Source: an uncultured Candidatus Saccharibacteria bacterium
Lineage (GTDB): Bacteria; Patescibacteriota; Saccharimonadia; Saccharimonadales; JAGQNK01
Direction of reading: 5' to 3'
Assembly (NCBI GenBank): GCA_964636435.1
Contig: CAZWRS010000003.1
Span: forward strand, 1,212 to 65,211
Length of the DNA stretch: 64,000 nucleotides
Shown here: positions 45,464 through 54,659 of the stretch, piece after piece
Layout of the letters: every line of letters starts with the position of its first letter
Numbering within the stretch: the stretch's first letter is position 1
The notes under the pieces: model-generated
What the model was told of the DNA's origin: nothing
What the model saw: only the letters and a program-made list of their open reading frames with translations
Databases searched by the model: none
Program-made: the position numbers and the translations under genes

Positions 45464-45506
45464 ATGATACCAAAACTAGCACTCAAGGGTCAAGAGTGCT
45501 AGTTTT
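45464..45506 (-). promoter_or_regulatory. Second CIRCE-like inverted repeat with embedded promoter, upstream of clpC
   Basis: CTAGCACTC-aagggtcaa-GAGTGCTAG lies at 45476-45502. The minus-strand -35 TTGACC (45488-45493) sits in the spacer, followed by an 18-nt spacer and the -10 TATCAT (45464-45469). The element is 61 nt from the clpC ATG. Confidence 0.7.
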
Positions 45507-45521
45507 CTCACATTTCTATCG

Positions 45522-46682
45522 CTATTCGCCGTGCTCTTCGATAGCCTCAAGCAGGCTGCTTTCCAGTTGCTCTTTCTTTTTGAGCTTTGGTGCCTGGCGC
45601 GGCTTTAGCTCCTCTTTCTCGGCTACTGGTTCCGGCGCTTTTTCCCGCTCAGCGTTGATATCTATCTCCAGGCCTACCAACTTACTAGCCAAGCGTACGT
45701 TCTGCCCGCTCTTGCCGATAGCGATGCTGAGCTGGTCTTCCGGCACAAAGACTTTTGCCTTGCCGGCTGCTTCATCAATCTCGACGCGATTGACCTTGGT
45801 CGGTGACAGGGCGTTCACAATATATTCCTTCTGATCGTCAGACCAGACAACAATATCAATCTTCTCTTGTTCACCAATTTCACTCATAACCGCATTGACG
45901 CGCGTGCCATGCCCGCCCACAAATGTACCTACCGGGTCAACGCCCTGCACGGTGCTGGCAACCGCAATCTTGCTGCGTACACCTGCTTCACGTGAGATAC
46001 CCTTGATTTCGACAGAACCGTTTTCCATCTCCGGCACCTCAGCACGGAACAGCCACTCGATAAACTGCGTGCTGCCTCGCGACACAACCAACTGGGGTCC
46101 ACGCGGACCGCGTTCAACGTCTTTCAAAAACACCTTCAGACGTTGGCCTGGGTAGTAGCGCTCCCCCTGGATCTGCTCACTCATTGGCATGATGCCCTGC
46201 GCCTTGCCGAGATCTACGCGCACAATGCGGCCCTCGACCCTGGCGACGATACCGTTGATCACAGTACCAATCTTGTCCTCGTACTCTTCCATGATGATTT
46301 CGCGCTCAGCTTCGCGCAGGCGTTGCAGGATCACCTGCTTAGCAGTCTGCGCGGCAACACGACCGAAATTTTCGATAGCTTCGTGCACCTCAATCTCGTC
46401 ACCGATCTTGGCATCTTTCTTCATCGTCTGTGCCTGGGCCAGACTTATCTCGAAATGCTCATCATCGACTTTTTCGACGACCTCTTTCGTTACATAAGCG
46501 TCTACTTCACCCGAATTAAGGTTCATGCTCACGCGCACTTCTTGCTCGCGGTCGCCATAATCGCGGCGATAAGCGGCTGCCAGTGCCTGTTCAACCACCT
46601 CTTGGACTGTATCTTCCGGTAGGTTTTTTTCTTCGGCAATCGACTTGAGTGCTAGAGCTAGCTGTTTAATATCCAAATCCAT
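45522..46682 (-). CDS. nusA: Transcription termination/antitermination factor NusA
   Basis: The 386-aa ORF has an N-terminal domain, an S1 domain (GTVINGIVARVEGRIVRVDLGK) and two KH domains (GKSGQNVRLASKL). Confidence 0.96.
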   Translation of the reverse strand: MDLDIKQLALALKSIAEEKNLPEDTVQEVVEQALAAAYRRDYGDREQEVRVSMNLNSGEVDAYVTKEVVEKVDDEHFEISLAQAQTMKKDAKIGDEIEVHEAIENFGRVAAQTAKQVILQRLREAEREIIMEEYEDKIGTVINGIVARVEGRIVRVDLGKAQGIMPMSEQIQGERYYPGQRLKVFLKDVERGPRGPQLVVSRGSTQFIEWLFRAEVPEMENGSVEIKGISREAGVRSKIAVASTVQGVDPVGTFVGGHGTRVNAVMSEIGEQEKIDIVVWSDDQKEYIVNALSPTKVNRVEIDEAAGKAKVFVPEDQLSIAIGKSGQNVRLASKLVGLEIDINAEREKAPEPVAEKEELKPRQAPKLKKKEQLESSLLEAIEEHGE

Positions 46683-46848
46683 TACTCATCTCCTTACTTT
46701 TAAATATGTTTTAGGCTGTGCTGTTCAAACTCGATTATATTAGCCAGTGCATGAAAAAAGCCGACCTGCTGGCCGACTAACACAACTTAACTTTACTACA
46801 ATGAACTATCCACTGTCAATGTCACCCGGGTCATGTACACTAGAGTGT

Positions 46849-49416
46849 ATGGGAAAAGATGTAAAAAGATTATACGCAGGATTTCAGCCAGACAACTATA
46901 AGATTGATCTCGTACCCGATCGTGAGGCAAAAACATTTACCGGGAAAGTGACGATTACCGGCAAAAAGGTCGGCCGACCAAGTCAACGCATTACCCTGCA
47001 CCAAAAAGATCTGAAAATCACCAGTGCTCGTGTCGTTAAGCATGACAAAAAAGGTGACCAAGACATACCGCTCGCACGTATCAACCTACAGAAAAAGTTG
47101 GATGAAGTTCGTCTGCATAGCAAAAGCATGGTTTACCCGGGAAATTATACGGTCACGCTTGAGTTTAGTGGTGTCATCACCCGGAATATGAATGGTATGT
47201 ACCCGTGTTTCTTCGAGTACGAGGGTAAGCAGCAGGAGCTCATCGCCACACAGTTCGAAAGCCACCATGCCCGCGAGGTTTTCCCATGCATCGACGAGCC
47301 CGAAGCCAAGGCGACCTTTGACCTGACGCTGACCACACCGAAGGACGAGACTGTACTAGCAAACACGCCCATAAAGTCACAAGAGACGAAAGGCAACCAC
47401 GTCGTTTCGACTTTCGACACCACGCCAAAGATGTCCACATACCTGGTAGCATTTGCGTATGGTAACCTCCGCTACCGCGAAGCCCAGACCAAAGATGGTG
47501 TCATCGTACGCACCTACGCTACGCCAGATAAGGTTGACTTTACCCAGTTTGCCCTCGATACAGCCGTCAAGACGCTCGAGTTTTATAACGAATACTTCGA
47601 TATCCCCTACCCACTCGAGAAGTGTGATATGGTCGCCTTGCCTGATTTTGCGAGCGGTGCCATGGAAAACTGGGGACTTATTACCTACCGTGAACAAGTT
47701 ATGCTGGTTGACCCGAAGAATACCTCTCTCAGCACTAAACAGTACGTCGCCATGGTTATTGCTCACGAACTGGCACACCAGTGGTTTGGTAATCTCGTAA
47801 CGATGCGCTGGTGGACCGATCTCTGGCTAAATGAAGGTTTTGCCAGTTGGATCGAGTATCTGGCTGTCGACCATCTTTTCCCGGAATGGCAGATGTGGAC
47901 ACAGTTTGCCGTTGATGAACAGCAGCGCGCCTATAAACTCGATGCCTTGGAACATACACACCCCATTGAAGTACCGGTACGTCATCCGGACGAGATTCGC
48001 AGCATATTCGACACCATTAGCTACAGCAAAGGTGCGAGTGTCATTCACATGCTGCATGAATATCTCACTCCAGAGGTTTTCCGCGATGGCCTTCGCCACT
48101 ATCTATCATTGCACAAGTGGGGCAATACGGATACTATCGACCTTTGGACCGCCCTCGAAGATATTTCCGGCAAGCCGGTCAAAGAGTTCATGCATGCTTG
48201 GACCTCTCAGTCCGGCTTCCCTCTACTACAGGCCGATGTTCAGTCCGACGAAGTCAAGCTCACCCAAGAACGTTTCTACCTGAACCCTGAACAAGAAAAT
48301 CGTGCTGATACAACGTGGCCCATTGCCCTACTGTCCGGCGAGGAGGGCATACCCGATTTATTCCAGGGCGAGGAGGCGACGTATCATGTCGACGATGTCC
48401 CATCACTCAAATTCAATCGGGGCCAGAGCGGTTTTTATCGGACGGTTTATAACTCCGAACACTTAGAGCGTCTCGGTGAACTGATTGAAAATAACCACCT
48501 CGCACCTCTCGATCGGCTCGGCATTTTGAGTGATTTGTTCGAAGCCGCCAAAGCCGGCCAGGCGTCTACGGCTGACGCACTGAAATTCTTATCACACTTC
48601 GCCGGCGAGAGCGACAACGCCGTCTGGGACGTGATTGCATCTGGTATCCTATCAACCCGCGCCGTCATGGACGACGAGGGTTTGCGCGAACAAATGAAAC
48701 CGTTCATTCGCCAGCTCGTTGCCAAACAGCTCGAACGTCTTGGCTGGGAAAGGCAAGAAGACGATTCACACTTCGATCAATTACTGCGTCCAACAATCTT
48801 GGGGCTCGCAGCTGATGCTGACGAAGCGGCCGTCGTCGACGAAAGCCTGACACGCTTCGACGCTATGCAAAAACCAGAGGATATCGATCCTGACCTGCGT
48901 AGTGTCGTATATAACACGGCCGTACGACTCAGGAACGACCTAGAGACGTTCGACAAACTGTTTGCCATGCACGAAACGAGCACTAACAGCGAAGAACGCA
49001 ACACCATCGCAGCTGCACTAACAAGCTTCAAGAAGCCGGAACTGTATAAACGGGCACTTAATCTCATCGACACCGACTCAGTCCGCCACCAAGACGTGGC
49101 TTACTGGCTGGCCTATAGTTTTGGCAACCGCTTTGCCAAACGCGACACCTGGGCTTGGATGCAGGATCACTGGCAATGGCTAGCTGGCAACCTCGGCTCG
49201 GATCTCAGCTTCTACCGCTTCCCGATGTTCGCCGCCAACGCGTTTTCTAATCGCACCTTCCTAACAGAGTATAAAGATTTCTTTTTGCCAAAGATGGAAC
49301 CAGCCTTCGAACGCGCCATCAATCAAGGTATAGAAGTCATCACCTGGCAGTCCGCCTGGAAAGAGCGTGACTTCGCGTCAGTGCAGCAGTTCTTCTCTAA
49401 TCCTAAGGTACGTTAA
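46849..49416 (+). CDS. pepN: M1-family aminopeptidase (aminopeptidase N-like)
   Basis: GAMENWGLITYRE (GAMEN) and HELAHQWFGNLVTMRWWTDLWLNEGFA (HExxH-x18-E) are present. The start was trimmed to ATG 46849 (MGKDVKRLY). Confidence 0.9.
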   Translation: MGKDVKRLYAGFQPDNYKIDLVPDREAKTFTGKVTITGKKVGRPSQRITLHQKDLKITSARVVKHDKKGDQDIPLARINLQKKLDEVRLHSKSMVYPGNYTVTLEFSGVITRNMNGMYPCFFEYEGKQQELIATQFESHHAREVFPCIDEPEAKATFDLTLTTPKDETVLANTPIKSQETKGNHVVSTFDTTPKMSTYLVAFAYGNLRYREAQTKDGVIVRTYATPDKVDFTQFALDTAVKTLEFYNEYFDIPYPLEKCDMVALPDFASGAMENWGLITYREQVMLVDPKNTSLSTKQYVAMVIAHELAHQWFGNLVTMRWWTDLWLNEGFASWIEYLAVDHLFPEWQMWTQFAVDEQQRAYKLDALEHTHPIEVPVRHPDEIRSIFDTISYSKGASVIHMLHEYLTPEVFRDGLRHYLSLHKWGNTDTIDLWTALEDISGKPVKEFMHAWTSQSGFPLLQADVQSDEVKLTQERFYLNPEQENRADTTWPIALLSGEEGIPDLFQGEEATYHVDDVPSLKFNRGQSGFYRTVYNSEHLERLGELIENNHLAPLDRLGILSDLFEAAKAGQASTADALKFLSHFAGESDNAVWDVIASGILSTRAVMDDEGLREQMKPFIRQLVAKQLERLGWERQEDDSHFDQLLRPTILGLAADADEAAVVDESLTRFDAMQKPEDIDPDLRSVVYNTAVRLRNDLETFDKLFAMHETSTNSEERNTIAAALTSFKKPELYKRALNLIDTDSVRHQDVAYWLAYSFGNRFAKRDTWAWMQDHWQWLAGNLGSDLSFYRFPMFAANAFSNRTFLTEYKDFFLPKMEPAFERAINQGIEVITWQSAWKERDFASVQQFFSNPKVR

Positions 49417-49590
49417 TCAGTCGCACGCGAAAAGTAGCTGGCTGACACAATTAACCTTCCTGCACACCTACAAGCTCCTAGCTATCAAGACAGGCAGAAC
49501 GCAGTCAACAGACCGCTACTCATACCTGAAATGTGCCATTGATAACGCCGTACTACTGCTCTATGCCATGACTTGCCTGGTAATTCATTT

Positions 49591-50172
49591 TCACAAAAAG
49601 GCTTGAATAGGCTTATAGCTCTTGCGGTGAACGGCACTGACGCCATGAATCTTTAGTGCACTGCGATGCAGCTCGGTGCCGTAACCGACATGCTTCTCAA
49701 ACCCATAGAATGGATGGAACTTGGCAATTCGCTCCATGTGCCTGTCGCGAGTGACCTTGGCATAAATACTTGCCGCACTGACAATCGGGTGCGTGCTGTC
49801 AGCTTTTACGACCGTCTGCACTTTTGTAAAATCCGAGGGGCAGTAGTTAATATGGCCGTCCATGATAATTTCATCCTCAAATCCCGCACCAAGCTGCAGC
49901 AATGCCCGGCAGACGCCCAGGCGCATTGCTGCCGCCAAGCCGTGTTCATCAATCTCTTCCGGATGCACCCAACCCTCACCCAGCTGACACGAAGCTTTGA
50001 TGCCTGTAAAAAGCTGTTCTCTTTGCGATTTGCTGAGCACCTTCGAATCAGCCAGCCCTACTGGCAGCTCGGTAACTTGACGTGCCGCGACCACCAGCAG
50101 TGGCCCTGCCCAGCAACCTCGTCCAACCTCATCAACTCCAATCATTATTTCGACTATACCACACCGCTGCAA
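49591..50172 (-). CDS. rnhB: Ribonuclease HII
   Basis: IGVDEVGRGCWAGPLLVVAA and DSK..S match RNase HII motifs. The start is uncertain between 50172 and 50145. Confidence 0.88.
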   Translation of the reverse strand: MQRCGIVEIMIGVDEVGRGCWAGPLLVVAARQVTELPVGLADSKVLSKSQREQLFTGIKASCQLGEGWVHPEEIDEHGLAAAMRLGVCRALLQLGAGFEDEIIMDGHINYCPSDFTKVQTVVKADSTHPIVSAASIYAKVTRDRHMERIAKFHPFYGFEKHVGYGTELHRSALKIHGVSAVHRKSYKPIQAFL

Positions 50173-50202
50173 GTGTTACGCGCATAAAGGACTTAAGAGG
50201 CC

Positions 50203-50237
50203 AAACAAAAACACACCTACTGATGTATTAGGTGCGT
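50203..50237 (-). terminator. Rho-independent terminator after rplS
   Basis: The minus strand reads ACGCACCUA-9 nt-UAGGUGUGU (9-bp stem with one G-U pair) followed by UUUUUGUUU. Confidence 0.6.
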
Positions 50238-50263
50238 TTTACAATTGTGATTATAAGCTAAAT

Positions 50264-50713
50264 CTATTGCTCGCTTGTTGCCTCTTTGGCATCCGGTGTT
50301 GTCTCAGCTGGCTTCTCCTCAGCTTGAGCCGGTGCTTCCTTGACAGTGTTTACTTCTTTGCGGTCAAAGTCTACACCAGTCAGACGGGCCGACTTGCCAG
50401 TACGCTCGCGCATGTATGACAGATAATTGCGGCGAACCTTGCTTCGCTTGGTGACCTCAATCTTCTCAACGAGCGGGCTGTGGAGCAAGAAGCTCTTCTC
50501 TACACCCACGCCACTGGCAATCTTACGGACAACAATGCGAGAGGTGTGACTGCCCTTGCGATCAACACGAATAACCAGCCCCTGAAAGATCTGGATGCGC
50601 TCTTTGCTGCCTTCCTTGATTTTCTGGTGCACCTTAACGGTATCGCCGGAACGAACATCGACGACATCGTGCTTCTTGAACTTCTCTTCTATTTTCTGAA
50701 TAACCGATTGCAT
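50264..50713 (-). CDS. rplS: 50S ribosomal protein bL19 with C-terminal extension
   Basis: FRSGDTVKV-like SGDTVKVHQKIKEGSKERIQIFQGLVI, and later RRNYLSYMRERTGK, are L19-like. ATG 50713 is preferred over TTG 50719. Confidence 0.93.
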   Translation of the reverse strand: MQSVIQKIEEKFKKHDVVDVRSGDTVKVHQKIKEGSKERIQIFQGLVIRVDRKGSHTSRIVVRKIASGVGVEKSFLLHSPLVEKIEVTKRSKVRRNYLSYMRERTGKSARLTGVDFDRKEVNTVKEAPAQAEEKPAETTPDAKEATSEQ

Positions 50714-50779
50714 GACCAACTGATATTACACTAGTTCGCTGTTTTTGGCAACACTTTTCAACCTTCGCTGACATTCTAG

Positions 50780-50986
50780 CTAATCAAATCGCACATGCAC
50801 CACATTAGCCTCCTCGTCAAGCGGTGCCATCTCATCTTCTGTAAGTCCGAGCTGCATCGGTACAGCACCTAGTTTCTGTAAACGCATTGCCGCCCGGGCT
50901 ACGTCCTCATCGGTCATGTACGGACCGCCCTCATCTATTATCACGCTAAACTCATATGGGCCGGGTAATTCGTGTTCTTTGTCCAT
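50780..50986 (-). CDS. Hypothetical small acidic protein (68 aa)
   Basis: A strong SD GGAGGGAG lies 6 nt before the ATG. No family recognised. Confidence 0.55.
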   Translation of the reverse strand: MDKEHELPGPYEFSVIIDEGGPYMTDEDVARAAMRLQKLGAVPMQLGLTEDEMAPLDEEANVVHVRFD

Positions 50987-51068
50987 GTAGGCTCCCTCCT
51001 TACCTTGTTTTTTGTCTTGTGCCTTTTACGGCAAAGCTACAAGTATACCAAGTTGCCTGCGAAATGCT

Positions 51069-52214
51069 ATGATGAAGCCTATGGATTACAATGAGCTGGC
51101 ACTACGCAAGCACAAAGAACTTAAGGGGAAATTAAGCGTGTCGCTCAAAGACACGCTCGACTCGCGCGACAAGCTTAGCACCTACTACACACCGGGTGTC
51201 GGTGCTGTTTCTGGCTATCTCGCCGAACACCCCGGCGAAACGAGGGACTACACCTGGACCAATAACGCGGTCGCCGTAGTGTCTGACGGTTCTGCTGTGC
51301 TTGGACTCGGTAATATCGGACCGAGAGCCGCCCTGCCAGTCATGGAAGGCAAAGCCATGTTGTTCAAGCATTTCGCAAACATTGATGCCGTACCGGTTGT
51401 GCTCGACGTACATACAGCTGACGAAATTGTGGCGGCCGTCAAAGCAATTGCACCGAGCTACGGTGGAATCAACCTGGAAGATATTGCCGCTCCGCTCTGC
51501 TTTGAGGTTGAGGAGCGACTGAAGTCTGAGCTCGATATACCGGTATTTCACGACGACCAGCATGGTACCGCCATTGTTGTATTGGCTGGGCTCATCAACG
51601 CTATGAAAGTAACCGGTCGTTCATTAGAAGACTGTCGAATTGTATGCGTCGGCGCCGGTGCGGCTGGCACGGCCATCATAAAGTTACTCCACTTGTATGC
51701 AAAACCGGAAATCCTGGCTGTCGATAGCAAGGGTATCATCAGCAGCGACCGAACTGATCTTAATATCGAGAAGCGCAAGCTGCTCGACTTCACCAATCCC
51801 CGTGATGAAGGTGGTAGCTTGGAGGATGCCTTGGCCGGTGCCGATATCTTCATTGGTGTATCAAAGGCCGGACTTTTGACACAGGAAATGGTCAAGACTA
51901 TGGCGCCAGACCCTATCATTTTCGCCATGGCCAACCCAGTGCCCGAGATTATGCCAGACGTTGCCAAGGCCGGTGGTGTCGCCATTATGGCGACTGGCCG
52001 CAGTGACTTCCCAAATCAGGTCAATAATTCGCTCGCCTTTCCTGGTATTTTCCGTGGCGCATTAGACAACCGCGTCGATCAAATTACCGATGAGCATAAA
52101 ATCAGCGTTGCTGAAGTCATTGCCGATCTCATTGATACACCGACGGCAGATGAAATAATCCCGAGCAACCTTGATGAACGGCTCGTGCCTGAAATCGCCA
52201 GAGTAGTAATATGA
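51069..52214 (+). CDS. NAD(P)-dependent malic enzyme (short, PTA-less form)
   Basis: LSTYYTPGV, SDGSAVLGLGNIG, INLEDIAAP, FHDDQHGTA and VCVGAGAAG are malic-enzyme blocks. The start may be 51069, 51072 or 51081. Confidence 0.88.
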   Translation: MMKPMDYNELALRKHKELKGKLSVSLKDTLDSRDKLSTYYTPGVGAVSGYLAEHPGETRDYTWTNNAVAVVSDGSAVLGLGNIGPRAALPVMEGKAMLFKHFANIDAVPVVLDVHTADEIVAAVKAIAPSYGGINLEDIAAPLCFEVEERLKSELDIPVFHDDQHGTAIVVLAGLINAMKVTGRSLEDCRIVCVGAGAAGTAIIKLLHLYAKPEILAVDSKGIISSDRTDLNIEKRKLLDFTNPRDEGGSLEDALAGADIFIGVSKAGLLTQEMVKTMAPDPIIFAMANPVPEIMPDVAKAGGVAIMATGRSDFPNQVNNSLAFPGIFRGALDNRVDQITDEHKISVAEVIADLIDTPTADEIIPSNLDERLVPEIARVVI

Positions 52215-52429
52215 GTAAAGAGCATGATACGTTTCACGTTATACAGAATCCTGAGCTGACAAACACTGGCGGAATTAGTGAATCGGAAATTGCAACCCAT
52301 GGGTTGGCAAGAACAAGGCCCGAGCGGAGGCAGTCGGTTATTGAGGCACCCCTTAACCAGCCTAAACTGCTCCTATCAGCTACCGACCTCGAATTACGCC
52401 GACGTGCACATATGATGCTAGACAGGTAG
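52211..52429 (+). CDS. Possible small ORF (72 aa), ATGA-coupled to the malic enzyme gene
   Basis: The only support is the 4-nt ATGA overlap with the upstream stop and the fact that it fills the gap before convergent pilB. No motif is recognised, and an antisense ORF of similar size exists. Confidence 0.25.
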   Translation: MSKEHDTFHVIQNPELTNTGGISESEIATHGLARTRPERRQSVIEAPLNQPKLLLSATDLELRRRAHMMLDR

Positions 52430-52464
52430 CATAGGCTGCCACCACCGAATGACGTCATAGTATC

Positions 52465-54072
52465 CTAACCTAGTACGCGGTAGACTTCTTGTAAAGTCGT
52501 CTCGCCAGCAATAACTTTCAGAATACCGTCCTGTAGCATCGTACGCATGCCGCTGCGCACAGCAGCGGCCTCAATTTCTTGGGCAGTCAGTCTATGTGAG
52601 CCCCTCTCGCTCAACAACTCGCTTACATCACCCTGCATCATGAACTGCTCGCGAAGCGCAACCTGTCCCTTGAACCCGTAGGGATTGTCTGCTGATGATC
52701 CGGGTTCGTATAACTGCAAGTTAGAGACATCCGGCCGCTCAATTCCTTCTGGCAGACCATCGATAATTTTTTGGATGTTCCGAAGAGTCGCTTCATCTGG
52801 TGTATAAGCCTGCTTTGTCTCATCGTCGAGCCGACGAACCAGACGCTGAGCCATAACTAACCGGATTGCAGACACGAACAGCGGGTTTTCGCCAATAATA
52901 TCGGCCATGCGCGTCAGGGCCGCCGCGGCCGAACTGGCGTGAAATGTCGAAAGCACCAAGTGCCCGGTCAGAGCCGCTTGCAGCGCTGTCTTGGCAGTAT
53001 CCATGTCACGGATCTCACCGACCATCACGATATCCGGATCCAAACGAAGCACCGCCCGCAGCTTTTCAGCAAAACCAGTTTCATGAGCTGATTTACTGAT
53101 TGCCGGGATCTGGGTAACACCCTCGAATTGATATTCAACTGGGTCTTCAATGGTAATGATTTTTCGCTCTTCGCTGTTTAGTGAGTTGAGCATCGAATAC
53201 AACGTGGTGGTCTTACCCGAGCCTGTCGGCCCCACGACCAGCACGAGCCCGGTCGGCTTGGAGATAATGCCATCAACAACTTCGCGCTCGTAGTCGGACA
53301 AGCCGAGCTTATCGAGGTGGTACATATCTTGGCTCATATTGAAGAGGCGCATCACTACGTCCATGCCTGTCACTGTCGGAGCTGTCTCGAGACGTAAGTT
53401 AATATCCACTTCGGCTCCGTCGGCCATCCGCAGCCGCTGGGCAATATGCCCCTGCTGGGCTTCATCGGCAGCCGTCGAAACGTTACCCGCACTCGCTATC
53501 GCTGATATAAGGATTCGATATTTTTCAATCGACAAGCGAGCGATTGGATGCAACACACCATCGATGCGAAACCGAATGCGCACGTAATCTCGCTGTGTTT
53601 CCAGGTGAATGTCAGATGCACCAAGTTTGTGGGCCTGCTGCACAAGATAAGCGAGCATATCATCGGCGCGAACCTGCTCAAGCGTCCGTGAAACAGCGGC
53701 AATCAGGTCTTCCGTGCCGGCCTCGGTGATAGTTATATCTTTGTACTCGATCTTTTTTGGCGGATCATACAGGCGCATGTATTCACGAAAACCAGCGTCA
53801 GAAATCAATCCGAACGCGACGCGCTGGTCCAAAAAGCGATGGCGCAAGTTTTCCATCGTCGCCTGTGACGTCATGTTGGTCACGCCGAAAGTGATGTTAT
53901 GGGCATCTGCACGGATCGGAATAACTCGCAGGCTGTACAATTCCTGCGTATCCAGCAGCTCCTTATACAGAACCTTGTCAGCTATCAAAGATGTATCAAT
54001 ATAATTTAACCCCAATATTGAGGCTCGTCGCTGGGTGCTCAGCTCTTCGTCGCGTCGGGCATCTTGGCTCAT
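52465..54072 (-). CDS. pilB: Type IV pilus / type II secretion assembly ATPase (PilB/GspE family)
   Basis: Walker A VVGPTGSGKTTTLYS is present, along with Asp box, Walker B and His box regions (ITIEDPVEY, ALRLDPDIVMVGEIRD, LTGHLVLSTFH). Confidence 0.85.
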   Translation of the reverse strand: MSQDARRDEELSTQRRASILGLNYIDTSLIADKVLYKELLDTQELYSLRVIPIRADAHNITFGVTNMTSQATMENLRHRFLDQRVAFGLISDAGFREYMRLYDPPKKIEYKDITITEAGTEDLIAAVSRTLEQVRADDMLAYLVQQAHKLGASDIHLETQRDYVRIRFRIDGVLHPIARLSIEKYRILISAIASAGNVSTAADEAQQGHIAQRLRMADGAEVDINLRLETAPTVTGMDVVMRLFNMSQDMYHLDKLGLSDYEREVVDGIISKPTGLVLVVGPTGSGKTTTLYSMLNSLNSEERKIITIEDPVEYQFEGVTQIPAISKSAHETGFAEKLRAVLRLDPDIVMVGEIRDMDTAKTALQAALTGHLVLSTFHASSAAAALTRMADIIGENPLFVSAIRLVMAQRLVRRLDDETKQAYTPDEATLRNIQKIIDGLPEGIERPDVSNLQLYEPGSSADNPYGFKGQVALREQFMMQGDVSELLSERGSHRLTAQEIEAAAVRSGMRTMLQDGILKVIAGETTLQEVYRVLG

Positions 54073-54103
54073 GTCATAGGTATTTAAGCATAAGGGGCGT
54101 CAT

Positions 54104-54616
54104 TTGATAAGATATATGCCAGTGAAACATATCGTTTTGATCGCGCATAATCTGCGCAGCTGCCATAATGTCGGATCGCTGCTCCGTACGGCCGAGGGGC
54201 TCGGTATATCACGGGTTATATTATCTGGCTACACACCGTACCCAAAAAGCGAGGTTGACCCGCGACTACCACATGAAGCAAACAAGATTCACCGGCAAAT
54301 AGCCAAGACAGCGCTCGGTGCCGAAAAGTGTGTGCCGTGGGAGCACGTCACGACCATCGAGGATTCTATCGAGGCGCTTAAAAAAGATGGTTTCTCTGTT
54401 TTGGCCGTCGAACAGACCGTAACGTCCATACAGTTACCTGATTTTAGTCCGCCGGAAAAACTGGCACTCATTGTCGGCCGTGAAGTCGAAGGCATCGAGC
54501 AGGAGGTCCTCACCTTATGCGACGGTAGCCTGGAAATACCGATGTTCGGCCGCAAAGAATCGTTCAATGTCGTGCAAGCTGCAGCGATGGCAATGTATCA
54601 CTGTACTTTTTCGTAA
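54104..54616 (+). CDS. SpoU/TrmH-family RNA 2'-O-methyltransferase
   Basis: HNVGSLLRTAEGLG, LIVGREVEGI and IPMFGRKESFNVVQAAAMAMY are SPOUT motifs. TTG 54104 is preceded by AAGGGG. ATG 54116 is an alternative start. Confidence 0.8.
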   Translation: MIRYMPVKHIVLIAHNLRSCHNVGSLLRTAEGLGISRVILSGYTPYPKSEVDPRLPHEANKIHRQIAKTALGAEKCVPWEHVTTIEDSIEALKKDGFSVLAVEQTVTSIQLPDFSPPEKLALIVGREVEGIEQEVLTLCDGSLEIPMFGRKESFNVVQAAAMAMYHCTFS

Positions 54617-54659
54617 AGTTGTTTTATCATAAGCGTTGTAGTAAACATACGAAACAAAC

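Noticed and set aside
46683-46848. The sequence aaaaaaGCCGACctgctgGCCGAC in the nusA-pepN divergent region looked like a hairpin or terminator.
   Set aside because: The two GCCGAC copies are direct repeats, not inverted repeats, so no stem can form.
49417-49590. A 174-nt non-coding gap between convergent pepN and rnhB was examined for an sRNA or terminator.
   Set aside because: I could not find a convincing stem-loop, conserved-looking motif or promoter by eye. It cannot be assessed further without folding or covariation tools.
52449-52458. A 10-nt perfect palindrome ATGACGTCAT lies between the convergent small ORF and pilB.
   Set aside because: It is short and isolated, with no flanking stem extension or U-run. 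It is compatible with chance.
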